Below, piece after piece: positions 7,820 through 15,832 of a DNA stretch of 64,000 nt (the stretch's first letter is position 1; every line of letters begins with the position of its first letter). The stretch is from a virus (lineage: Duplodnaviria > Caudoviricetes), in IMG/VR virus record IMGVR_UViG_3300030620_000005, positions 8,096 to 72,095 of that record. The stretch is one strand, 5' to 3'. The position numbers were made by a program, and so were the translations under genes. The notes beneath the pieces are model-generated. The model saw only the letters and a program-made list of their open reading frames with translations. It was not told the origin of the DNA and searched no databases.

Positions 7820-8901
7820 GCCGGGACCGCCGTGCGAGGCGTAGCCTGCTGCATCTCATACGCCCTCTGCCAGGCATCGGCCCAACGCCAGGCGTGATCC
7901 CGCAACCGGAGCTGCTCGGCGACCGCACGCCCCGCCTCCGACAACTCCGCCCGCAACGCAGCCGACTCCCGCAGTCGCTTCAACTCCCGATACCAAGTCC
8001 GCGGCCGATCAGCGAGGATCCCGGCGCCCATCTTGTGCAGCCGCGCATACTCCGCCCGCGGCGACGCCACCCACGGCACACCGCAGGCAGACATCTCCAT
8101 CGGCTTCAACGCCGACTTGGCCTGATTGAACTTCGTGTCCGCCAGTGGCGCGATCCCGATCCCCAACTCGGCGACGGCGCGCGGCCACTCCTCGATCGGC
8201 ACCGCGCCGCCCGGCGGATCCGCAGCGAGACCGAGCGCCTTCCCCGCGCCCGTCGGATCACCGCGCATCACGAACGACGCGCCCTCATCCACCAGCCGCG
8301 CGACCGCACCGCCGACCACCTCCGGGTCGTTCGGGTGGGAGTGGAACGAACCGGGCCAGCCGATCGTGTCCGAGTCCGTACGCGGCAGCCCGTAGTACAT
8401 GTCCGGCAGATAGTTCGGCAGCACATGCCCCCGCCCATGCCGCGCGTACACGTCCAACAGGGCAGGCGTCGACACCGTCACCAACGTCGCATCCCGACAC
8501 GCCGCCGCGAGATTCCGCCACGAATGCCGATGCACCTCCCGCCCCCCGGCCAGCCGCTTCCCCTCGTTCCCGGGATGGTGCATCGCCCACGCCGGATTGC
8601 TCGGGTGGATCGACGACAGATCGTCGTCGACATCGACGACCACCGCGACGCCCTTCGACCGCATCACCCCCACGGCCTGCGCCATGTAGGCGTGCGTCAC
8701 CCGCTGCATCACGACCACATCCACACCCGGCTCGACGAGGACGTCCTTCACAAGGTCGCCCTCCATGACCAAGCGCACCGTGCGCCGCTCCTGCGCGACC
8801 ACGGTCACGTCATGCCCGGCCGCCGCGCACGCCTCGCCGGGCCAAATCATCCTAAATGAGCCACAGCCCCAACGATCCGCAGGAAATACGACGACCTTCA
8901 C
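7816..8901 (-). CDS. GT-B fold (GT4-like) glycosyltransferase
   Basis: GCGSFR, VVVDVDDD, LVTVSTPAL, IGWPGS, IGIAPL...NQAKSALKPMEMSACGVPWVAS. Confidence 0.85.
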   Translation of the reverse strand: MKVVVFPADRWGCGSFRMIWPGEACAAAGHDVTVVAQERRTVRLVMEGDLVKDVLVEPGVDVVVMQRVTHAYMAQAVGVMRSKGVAVVVDVDDDLSSIHPSNPAWAMHHPGNEGKRLAGGREVHRHSWRNLAAACRDATLVTVSTPALLDVYARHGRGHVLPNYLPDMYYGLPRTDSDTIGWPGSFHSHPNDPEVVGGAVARLVDEGASFVMRGDPTGAGKALGLAADPPGGAVPIEEWPRAVAELGIGIAPLADTKFNQAKSALKPMEMSACGVPWVASPRAEYARLHKMGAGILADRPRTWYRELKRLRESAALRAELSEAGRAVAEQLRLRDHAWRWADAWQRAYEMQQATPRTAVPA

Positions 8902-9188
8902 TCTTCGGTGGTCTTCCGGCGTCCACGGGTCCGCGGCGCCTCCGCCGTCGCCCCCACCAGGGTGTCGGCGTTGACCGGTCCCGCCGCTGCCTCCAGTGCG
9001 TCGATCCGCTTGCCAAGCCGGTCGATCGCGGTCGCAGCGTGGTGAAGGTGCTCATGCAGGTCGGTGATCTGCTGCTGCAGCCCGGCCGTGTCGGGCGCCG
9101 CATGGTTGGGCTGTCCGACGCCGAGGAGCGCCTGCGTGGCCTCCTCGCGGGCGAGCTTGCGGATACGTCCGTCCAAGGGGCTGCTCAT
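8898..9188 (-). CDS. Coiled-coil hypothetical protein downstream of the holin
   Basis: ATG 9188 overlaps the holin stop; LQQQITDLHEHL coiled coil. Confidence 0.7.
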   Translation of the reverse strand: MSSPLDGRIRKLAREEATQALLGVGQPNHAAPDTAGLQQQITDLHEHLHHAATAIDRLGKRIDALEAAAGPVNADTLVGATAEAPRTRGRRKTTEE

Positions 9189-9385
9189 GCTTCCGTGTCC
9201 TCTCCAGCGGTGAAGGCATCCCGGTTGGGGACCGCCCAGGTGAATCCGAGCGCGGCGAGGACAGCGATGAGCGCGGCCCATCCCTCGGCGGCGGTCACGG
9301 TGTCGTCGATGACTGCGACGGACAGAGAGCCGGACCCCGCGGCGAGCGCAGAGACAACGGCTTTCCAGTACTTCGAAATCCTCAT
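9185..9385 (-). CDS. Holin
   Basis: 66 aa, KYWKAVVSAL followed by two TM helices; directly after the endolysin. Confidence 0.85.
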   Translation of the reverse strand: MRISKYWKAVVSALAAGSGSLSVAVIDDTVTAAEGWAALIAVLAALGFTWAVPNRDAFTAGEDTEA

Positions 9386-9400
9386 GGGGGATTCCTCTTC

Positions 9401-10288
9401 CTATTCAGCAAGTCGGGCGGCAAGCAGGTCTGCCACCCGCGAGGCGATGGCGTCCGCGAGCCCCGGGGCCACCGCAGCGCCGAGCGCGGCGAGCTGCGTG
9501 TCCGTCAGCTCGACTGGCTTCTGTGCCTCTACCGCGGCCTTGGTGGCGCGCACCAGGTTGTTGGTGTCGGTCTCGATCGAAGCGAGCATCCAGGTCGGGT
9601 TGGTGTCCCGCGTCGAGCTGGTCAGCGGCGCGGGCATCCGGTCGTTCCTGAGGACCGCGTCGTACACCGCGTCCTTGCCCGCCTTGGACTTGAGGGCGGT
9701 GAGTACGGCGTTCTGGATCTGGTCGGGGGTCACGTCAGCTTCCTGGGGTGGGGTGGGTTTGCCGGTGGCGCGGGCGACGATGCCCGGGAACACGACCTCG
9801 TTGAACTGGCGTACACGCGCGTCCCCAGGGCATGCGGTGCCTGAGGTCGACCACTGCGGGAACAGGCGGTGGTAGCCGTATCCGGGGTCGGCCCAGCTTC
9901 GGCAGACCCGCAACGTCACACCGTGCCGTTCGTGCATCCACACGCCGAGCCGGATGAGTTCCTCGACCTGCTGGGAGGTCCACGGATCGGACGCCTTCGT
10001 GTTCGACGCCGTCTCGACAGACACGGCGCCGGTGCCGTCCGGCCGGCGGTTCGCGGCCGCGTTGGCGTCGGCGCGTGTCTCGGTGCCGATGTACTGCGCG
10101 ATGTCCCCGTCATAACCAATGCCGAAATGCGACTCAAGCGCCGAGCTGTCCCGCCAGAACTCATAGGTACGCCGTGGCGTCCACGGGGCGACGATGCTGT
10201 GGAAGATGAGCTGCGTCGGCCGGATCGCAGGCTGCTGATCGCTCTCCGGCTGGAGTTCCATCTTGGTGGCGCCCGGGTACCAGGCCAT
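9401..10288 (-). CDS. Endolysin, N-acetylmuramoyl-L-alanine amidase (Amidase_2-like)
   Basis: IFHSIV, SHFGIG, SVET, GYHR, TACPG zinc-amidase motifs. Confidence 0.9.
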   Translation of the reverse strand: MAWYPGATKMELQPESDQQPAIRPTQLIFHSIVAPWTPRRTYEFWRDSSALESHFGIGYDGDIAQYIGTETRADANAAANRRPDGTGAVSVETASNTKASDPWTSQQVEELIRLGVWMHERHGVTLRVCRSWADPGYGYHRLFPQWSTSGTACPGDARVRQFNEVVFPGIVARATGKPTPPQEADVTPDQIQNAVLTALKSKAGKDAVYDAVLRNDRMPAPLTSSTRDTNPTWMLASIETDTNNLVRATKAAVEAQKPVELTDTQLAALGAAVAPGLADAIASRVADLLAARLAE

Positions 10289-10289
10289 C

Positions 10290-10784
10290 TCAAGCCCCCG
10301 TGTGGACGGCGAGTTTGAACTCGGCGAACACCATGCGGCGCGGCACGCTGTCGTTGTGGGAAACCCGCAGTGCTAGCGGCACCCCGGGGTGGACGAAGAT
10401 CTCGTGGGCTTTGTGCCAGCACTGCATCCCCGGCGACGGAGGCCGGTGCTCCGTCGCGGTCGTGTTCACCGGGTCGTTCGTGAGGCCGAGCGGGTCACGC
10501 ACGAACTGATCCCGCAACTCCGTATAGCCGCCCGACTCCCACTGGATTACCGCCGTCAGCGAACCCCAGCCGTCGGCGGTGGGCCAGATCAGCCCGGACC
10601 GGTCATCGGTTGGCCAGCCGGCCACGGTGTAGCCGTCGGGCTGCTCGGCCGGGTGCATGTTGTGGGCGTCGTAGGACTCTGCGGAGCCGTAGGGGAACCG
10701 CACCACGTGGTAGCCGTTTGTGGGGATTTCCTGCGGCTGATTGGTGATCAGCGAGCACACGAGGACGGGCACGGGCGTCTCCAA
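10290..10784 (-). CDS. Hypothetical protein at the end of the tail module
   Basis: 164-aa ORF co-oriented between tail and lysis genes. Confidence 0.7.
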   Translation of the reverse strand: METPVPVLVCSLITNQPQEIPTNGYHVVRFPYGSAESYDAHNMHPAEQPDGYTVAGWPTDDRSGLIWPTADGWGSLTAVIQWESGGYTELRDQFVRDPLGLTNDPVNTTATEHRPPSPGMQCWHKAHEIFVHPGVPLALRVSHNDSVPRRMVFAEFKLAVHTGA

Positions 10785-10785
10785 T

Positions 10786-11331
10786 TCAGTAGGGCAGCAC
10801 GATCAGGCGGCGGCGGCGGAAAGTCCCCGTCCCGGAGGACACCCGGTACTTCATCGTGAACGTGTTCACCCCAGGCAAAAGGTCGATGTAGAACACTGCG
10901 TGAGACGCCTGCAAGAGTGCGCCCGCGTCGACACCACTCAGGGTCAAAGCCCGGATGTCTTCGGCGGCGATACTGCTCGCGCCGGTCACCTCCACGCTGG
11001 TCCGCGTGGACCCCGTGCCGTCGTTGCTCTGCTCGCAGCCGAAAATCACCAGGGCGAGAGTGCCGGTCGTCACGGTAACGGTCGGGCCTGCGGTCGGCAG
11101 GTCATCGAACGTCGTGGACGCGGTGGTTTCCTGAGCGGCGAACGTCTGCGCGGACCCGACGCGCTCGGCGATTTGGTTGAGTGCTGTGGAGACGAAATAG
11201 CCGCCGTTAGTTGTGGCTTTCGCTGGGGCGGTCTCGTTCAAGTTGTCGCGGACGAATGTGTTGAATTGCGCAGCGGTGTATACCGATCCGGCGACCGCTG
11301 TCATTGGCGCTGTCCAAGCGATTTTGATCAC
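10786..11331 (-). CDS. Minor tail protein (paralog of 11336-11878)
   Basis: Shares APMTAVA...TAAQFN.FVRDNLNET and FTMKY.VSSGTGTF..RR.IV.P with its neighbour. Confidence 0.75.
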   Translation of the reverse strand: MIKIAWTAPMTAVAGSVYTAAQFNTFVRDNLNETAPAKATTNGGYFVSTALNQIAERVGSAQTFAAQETTASTTFDDLPTAGPTVTVTTGTLALVIFGCEQSNDGTGSTRTSVEVTGASSIAAEDIRALTLSGVDAGALLQASHAVFYIDLLPGVNTFTMKYRVSSGTGTFRRRRLIVLPY

Positions 11332-11335
11332 CCCC

Positions 11336-11878
11336 TCAGAAAGGCATCACGATGATGCGGCGGTCACCGAATGTCCCGGTCCCCGAGCTGACCAGGTACT
11401 TCATCGTGAACGTGTTGCTCCCGGGCGTGAGGACGAGGCCGCCCGCGTACAGCACGGAGGTGCCTGCGCCGATGCGAGTGTTCGCGGAGTTGAAAATGTT
11501 GATGGACCGGTTGAGGGCCGGGGCGATGCTGGTCGCGCCGGTGACTTCCACGCCTGCGTATGCGGATCCGGCGCCGCTGTTTTCTACCTGCGCGTGGGTG
11601 AGGACGAGCGCGTATGGTCCGGTGTCCACGGTGACCGTCGGGCCGACGGTGGCCAGGTCGGCGAATGTGGTGGACATGGTGGTCTGGGGGGTGAGGACGG
11701 TGTCACCGTCCAGTGCGCGTTCGGCGATGGAGTTCACGCCGTCCGCTACGAAGTGCGATCCGGCGGCGGTGGCCAGTGCGGGCGTGGTTTCGTTCAAGTT
11801 GTCGCGGACGAACTGATTGAACTGCGCGGCGGTGAATATGGTATTTGCGACCGCTGTCATTGGCGCCGACCAAGCCAT
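11336..11878 (-). CDS. Minor tail protein (paralog of 10786-11331)
   Basis: Same shared motifs; beta-rich; tail module position. Confidence 0.75.
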   Translation of the reverse strand: MAWSAPMTAVANTIFTAAQFNQFVRDNLNETTPALATAAGSHFVADGVNSIAERALDGDTVLTPQTTMSTTFADLATVGPTVTVDTGPYALVLTHAQVENSGAGSAYAGVEVTGATSIAPALNRSINIFNSANTRIGAGTSVLYAGGLVLTPGSNTFTMKYLVSSGTGTFGDRRIIVMPF

Positions 11879-12255
11879 CAGGCCACCGCCCCGGTCGGGA
11901 CGCCGTGCTCGGCGTTCTCTTCGCGCAGCTCATCGACGCTCTGCCCGTGCGGGATGTTGCACTTGACCGCCTCGTCGTGCCCGGCCGGATACCAGATACG
12001 CGTTTGCGGAACCGGGCGCAGCATCAGAACGGCGGTGATGTCGGCCAGGTTGGGGGGCCACTCGACCGGCGCGGTGAGCTGGCAGTTGGTGCAGTGGAAC
12101 TCGCTCTTCTGCACCACCCGGGGTGAGCGGGGGTTGCGGGGGTTGGACAGCGAGTAGAGGTGCTCGGCGCCCCCGCAGTCGGGGCGTGGGCAGTCCGCTA
12201 TCCAGTCCCCGCAGTAGACGCGGGCGCGTGCCGTGTGCGCGATGAGCTGGACCAT
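11878..12255 (-). CDS. Zinc-binding hypothetical protein, probably leaderless
   Basis: CPRPDC and CTNC; ATG 7 nt after a TACCGT -10 box. Confidence 0.7.
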   Translation of the reverse strand: MVQLIAHTARARVYCGDWIADCPRPDCGGAEHLYSLSNPRNPRSPRVVQKSEFHCTNCQLTAPVEWPPNLADITAVLMLRPVPQTRIWYPAGHDEAVKCNIPHGQSVDELREENAEHGVPTGAVA

Positions 12256-12259
12256 GCGG

Positions 12260-12295
12260 GTGACGGTAGAACCCGCACACCGAAGATCATTCCGG
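12260..12295 (-). promoter_or_regulatory. Late-promoter motif copy (CCGGAATGATC-N15-CTACCGTCAC)
   Basis: Both boxes identical, with identical spacing, at 19354-19389 and 31763-31798. Confidence 0.75.
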
Positions 12296-12297
12296 GG

Positions 12298-13185
12298 TCA
12301 GGTGCCGAACAGTCCCGTACCGAACTGGCCCTGCGTCGGATGGTCGAAGATGAACACCGTGTCCGGACTGTCGGCCGCAGTCGGATCGAACACCCCGTCG
12401 TCGAAACCCGCGCCCGCCTTGTCGAACGTGAACGGATTGTCCGACGCATCCGCAAGCGCCCGCTCACACCCGAACGTCGCGTAGTGCACCGGCTCCTCGC
12501 ACACCTCCCCGTCGACGGTCATACGGGTCAATGCCTGCTGGATCTGCTCAATGTAGAAGTCCGCATTCAACCCCAGCTCCCCGTTGCGGATGGTGATCCG
12601 GTCCGACAGTGCGCGGGTGAGGATTTGCAGCCAGTGCGGAATGTCGCAGGACACGATCCGCAACTGCACCGTCGGGCTGCGCTCCGCATAGTGGGCGAGC
12701 AGCAGTTGAACGATCGCCGCCGAGTCGTTGGCGTTCGGCCACGGCGGATCCTGCTGGTAAGAGCGGCGGCTGTGCCGGCTGATACTCACCGAGTCGTCTG
12801 CTGCCACCTGCACGGTGCGGGCGACCGGCACGGCACGGGCCCGCACTTGAAGGTGGGTGATGGTGAGCGCGCCGCCCGCCGCGGTGATGGTGATGGCCAG
12901 CGACTGCCCGGAGCGGCGCGACAGCAGTACGACAGGCACACCGGCGCCGGAGTAGACGATGTCGACGCCGTCCGTGAGGTCCTGTGCGTCACGGAAGGGG
13001 TCGCTGGCCTGGACGCGTACCTGTACGGACTGCCCGAGTGCGAGGGAGATGACGGTGCCGGATTCCCAGACGACGGACAGTGAGGCTTCGGGTACGCGTT
13101 CTTCGACGGCGAATGTGACGCTGTTGACGATGTCGCGCCAGCCGTTGGTGTAGCCGAAGGGTTCGATGAAGTCGAACTCGGCCAT
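12298..13185 (-). CDS. Minor tail protein (baseplate-hub C-terminal-like)
   Basis: GWRDIVNSVTF, LSDRITIRN, FYIEQI; C-terminal F-D/G repeats. Confidence 0.7.
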   Translation of the reverse strand: MAEFDFIEPFGYTNGWRDIVNSVTFAVEERVPEASLSVVWESGTVISLALGQSVQVRVQASDPFRDAQDLTDGVDIVYSGAGVPVVLLSRRSGQSLAITITAAGGALTITHLQVRARAVPVARTVQVAADDSVSISRHSRRSYQQDPPWPNANDSAAIVQLLLAHYAERSPTVQLRIVSCDIPHWLQILTRALSDRITIRNGELGLNADFYIEQIQQALTRMTVDGEVCEEPVHYATFGCERALADASDNPFTFDKAGAGFDDGVFDPTAADSPDTVFIFDHPTQGQFGTGLFGT

Positions 13186-13187
13186 GG

Positions 13188-13370
13188 CTACTCCTTGGCG
13201 GTGAGGGTGGCGCGTCCGGGTTCGACGATGAGGCGGAAGCCGTGCCGGTCGAGGACTTCTTCGATCTCTGCGCGGCAGGCGTCCATGCGGGTTTTGGTGT
13301 CTTCCTCGACGAGGCGGTATGCCTCGGCTACGGGGTCGTGTTCAGCACTGGTGCCCGTTGTGTCTGCCAT
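13188..13370 (-). CDS. Small hypothetical protein (possible fibre chaperone)
   Basis: MADTTG... after AGGAAA, directly downstream of the fibre gene. Confidence 0.6.
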   Translation of the reverse strand: MADTTGTSAEHDPVAEAYRLVEEDTKTRMDACRAEIEEVLDRHGFRLIVEPGRATLTAKE

Positions 13371-13387
13371 GACGTTGTCTCGTTTCC

Positions 13388-14455
13388 TCAAGGCCCTGCC
13401 GCCACCCACGGCCCGGCGAATCCGGTCGCGACGTTGCTGCCGGGGGTGATGGATGCGGGGAGCGCGGTCTGGCCCACGCCGTTGGTTGCGTACCGGTAGG
13501 TGCCGGAGGTGAGTCCCATGTTGACGGCTGTGGCGATCCCTGCGCTGCCGGTGGCGCGGGCGACGGTCGGTGCGGTCCCGGCGTTGAAGACCATGGCCAC
13601 CCAGTAGAAAGAGCCCGCGGTCAGGCTCTGGCTGGCGATGGTGGTGGTCTTCAGGCCGGTGCTGCTGATGTCCGCGTCAACGTTCGTGGCCGCCAGCAGT
13701 GTTCCGGCCGAGTTGTACAGTCCGACCTCGTTCTGTCCGGCCGTGGGGGTCACACCCACGGCGGTCACCCACCAGTACAGGCTGACCGCGGCGACCGCTT
13801 CCGAGATGTGGACCTTCGTCAGGTAGACGGTTCCGTTGGTGAGGAGGCTGGAGTTGAACGACAGGGTCGGGTCGAATGCCCACGCTGCTACGCCGTGGTT
13901 GACGGGCTGGAACGCCCCTAGCGCACCGACCGAGGAGTGCAGGGTGCCCGCCGCGGGGACTGTGACCAGGTTCGCGCCGCCGTTGCGGAGCGTCAGCAGA
14001 CGGCCCGTCGTGCCGCCGTCCGTGGCCGTGACGAAGATGCCCTGCGCCGCAGTGCCCGTCTCGCCGTCCCGGACCAGGTCGATGGAGATGGCTGCCGCGT
14101 TGGCGTCTCCTGTTGCGGAGCCTGAGTGGTTGCGGTGGCTGATTTTCACGGAGCCGCGCGCGTTCTCCGATGCGGTGATCTGTACGGCGGAGGTGAGCGG
14201 GTTGTCGCTGATCAGGTTCAGTGCGCTCGCGGTGTCGGTGCCGGAGGTGCCTGCCTGGTAGATCGTGACCGCGTGCTCGGTGGTGGATGTCGTCTTGAAG
14301 AACGCGGACCGCACTGCGAGATCGGTCGTGATGCCGCCCGTCAGCGCGCCGCCCGTCTTGCTGTACTTGCCGTCGATCTGCGTCTGCAAGTCGTTGAGGG
14401 CATCGTTGAGGGGCTGCCCCCAAGCCGTCTGCCCGATCGTCGGTGTCGTGACCAT
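13388..14455 (-). CDS. Tail fibre / receptor-binding protein
   Basis: WGQPLNDALNDLQTQID anchor, SKTGGALTGG, Gly/Thr/Ala beta-rich body. Confidence 0.75.
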   Translation of the reverse strand: MVTTPTIGQTAWGQPLNDALNDLQTQIDGKYSKTGGALTGGITTDLAVRSAFFKTTSTTEHAVTIYQAGTSGTDTASALNLISDNPLTSAVQITASENARGSVKISHRNHSGSATGDANAAAISIDLVRDGETGTAAQGIFVTATDGGTTGRLLTLRNGGANLVTVPAAGTLHSSVGALGAFQPVNHGVAAWAFDPTLSFNSSLLTNGTVYLTKVHISEAVAAVSLYWWVTAVGVTPTAGQNEVGLYNSAGTLLAATNVDADISSTGLKTTTIASQSLTAGSFYWVAMVFNAGTAPTVARATGSAGIATAVNMGLTSGTYRYATNGVGQTALPASITPGSNVATGFAGPWVAAGP

Positions 14456-14464
14456 GTGCGTCTC

Positions 14465-15826
14465 TTACCCTCCGTAGATGCCGAAGCCGTAGCAGCCGTC
14501 CCCATACTCGGTGACGGGGTCGCTGCACGGGTCGCACTCCCCGATCTGCCGGGAGGCGAACGTGGCCTGCGACACGATCGACGCGGTGCGCAGCAGCCGG
14601 TGATGGCGGTCCCGGTAGACGAACGTCCCACCCGGCGCCACATACGCGATGCTCGGCGGGCCCTCCGATTGCAGCAGATCCGTCAGCGCGTCGAACGCGT
14701 CTTCGTCTTCTGCCCACCACCAGGGCACGAACGTCGCCCCCAGGTCCAGATCCCTAGGGGCGGTCCAGCCGATCTCGTCGAGGATGACCCCGATCAGGGT
14801 GCCGGTGCGCTGCGCCTGGTACAGCTCGGTGGACAGGGATGTGCCGCGCAGCAGCGACAGATCATCCAAGGCGGTGATCTCAGCGGACCGGTTACTGCGG
14901 TCAGGGTGGACCACCAGATCGTCGATGCGCCCCCGGATCAGGGGATACAAGGTGTTGCTGTAGACGACCTCAGCTTTGACCGGTGCTGCGGGGCCCACGT
15001 CATCGACGATGGGAGACTCAGGGTTATCCGGCGAGTAGACACGGTCAGCGTTGCACAGCGTCATCCCCAGCGAGCCCACTCTGGGTGGGGACAGGGCGCG
15101 TTCCTGGTCGCGGCCGTACTGGAAGGTGACCACGCCACGCTGAAGAACATCGTCGGTGACGTTCTCATTGGTGTCGTCGAAGTCGCCGTCGCCGTTCCAG
15201 TCAATCGCCACGGTGTACCCGTCGGCGAGCGCAGGTGCGACGTTGAAGTCGTCGAACTCCGCGAACTCGCCCGTTGGTGCGCCGGTTACGGTCGGCGAGC
15301 AGTGCGCGAGGAGCTGCAGTTCCAGATCGGCGTCCGTGACCCATGCAGGAGAGGCATCGGTGTGCTGTGTCGTCCACTCGCGGCCGTCGGGCGACGTCTC
15401 CCAGTACAGGGTGCTGGACTCCTCGCGGACCCGCAGCCACGCGTGGTCGACCGGGTCGTAGGGGATGGTGCGGCCGCCCTCGTCGACGAATCCGACGTGG
15501 ACGGTCATCAGCAGCAGGTTCGTGACCGGGTTGATCTCGAAGACGATCTGCGTGCCCACGACGTTCGACAGGACGAGGAGTTGGCAGAATGCTTCCGCCA
15601 TTCCGGTCGCCGGTGGGGGGAATGCGCGTACGAAAGCGTACGAGTCTTGCAGGGTGTAGATGTTGTCGGAGGCGTAGGCCGCGAAGCCGGCATCGCAGGG
15701 GACGCGCGCGCGTCCGCCCGTCTCGACGGGTAGGCCGCCGGTCCCGGTGTTGTAGTTGTTGGGCCACTTGGTGGGGTCGACGGTGTTGTCGTTGAAGTCG
15801 TCGAAGAGTTCTTGTGTCAGCGGCAT
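14465..15826 (-). CDS. Minor tail protein (lectin-like N-terminus plus hub-like C-terminus)
   Basis: Immediately after the tape measure gene; FDDFND, IDWNGDGDF, YRDRHHR. Confidence 0.75.
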   Translation of the reverse strand: MPLTQELFDDFNDNTVDPTKWPNNYNTGTGGLPVETGGRARVPCDAGFAAYASDNIYTLQDSYAFVRAFPPPATGMAEAFCQLLVLSNVVGTQIVFEINPVTNLLLMTVHVGFVDEGGRTIPYDPVDHAWLRVREESSTLYWETSPDGREWTTQHTDASPAWVTDADLELQLLAHCSPTVTGAPTGEFAEFDDFNVAPALADGYTVAIDWNGDGDFDDTNENVTDDVLQRGVVTFQYGRDQERALSPPRVGSLGMTLCNADRVYSPDNPESPIVDDVGPAAPVKAEVVYSNTLYPLIRGRIDDLVVHPDRSNRSAEITALDDLSLLRGTSLSTELYQAQRTGTLIGVILDEIGWTAPRDLDLGATFVPWWWAEDEDAFDALTDLLQSEGPPSIAYVAPGGTFVYRDRHHRLLRTASIVSQATFASRQIGECDPCSDPVTEYGDGCYGFGIYGG

Positions 15827-15832
15827 CGGCGG

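Larger units (their letters stand above)
7343..7839. repeat. 23-bp direct repeat TAAGCCGGGACCGCC(A/G)TGCGAGG at 7343-7365 and 7817-7839
   Basis: One mismatch between the copies; the second copy is the 3' end of the GT-B gene. Confidence 0.85.

Noticed and set aside
10786-11878. Diversity-generating retroelement
   Set aside because: No reverse transcriptase found; the copies are full coding paralogs that differ at all base types
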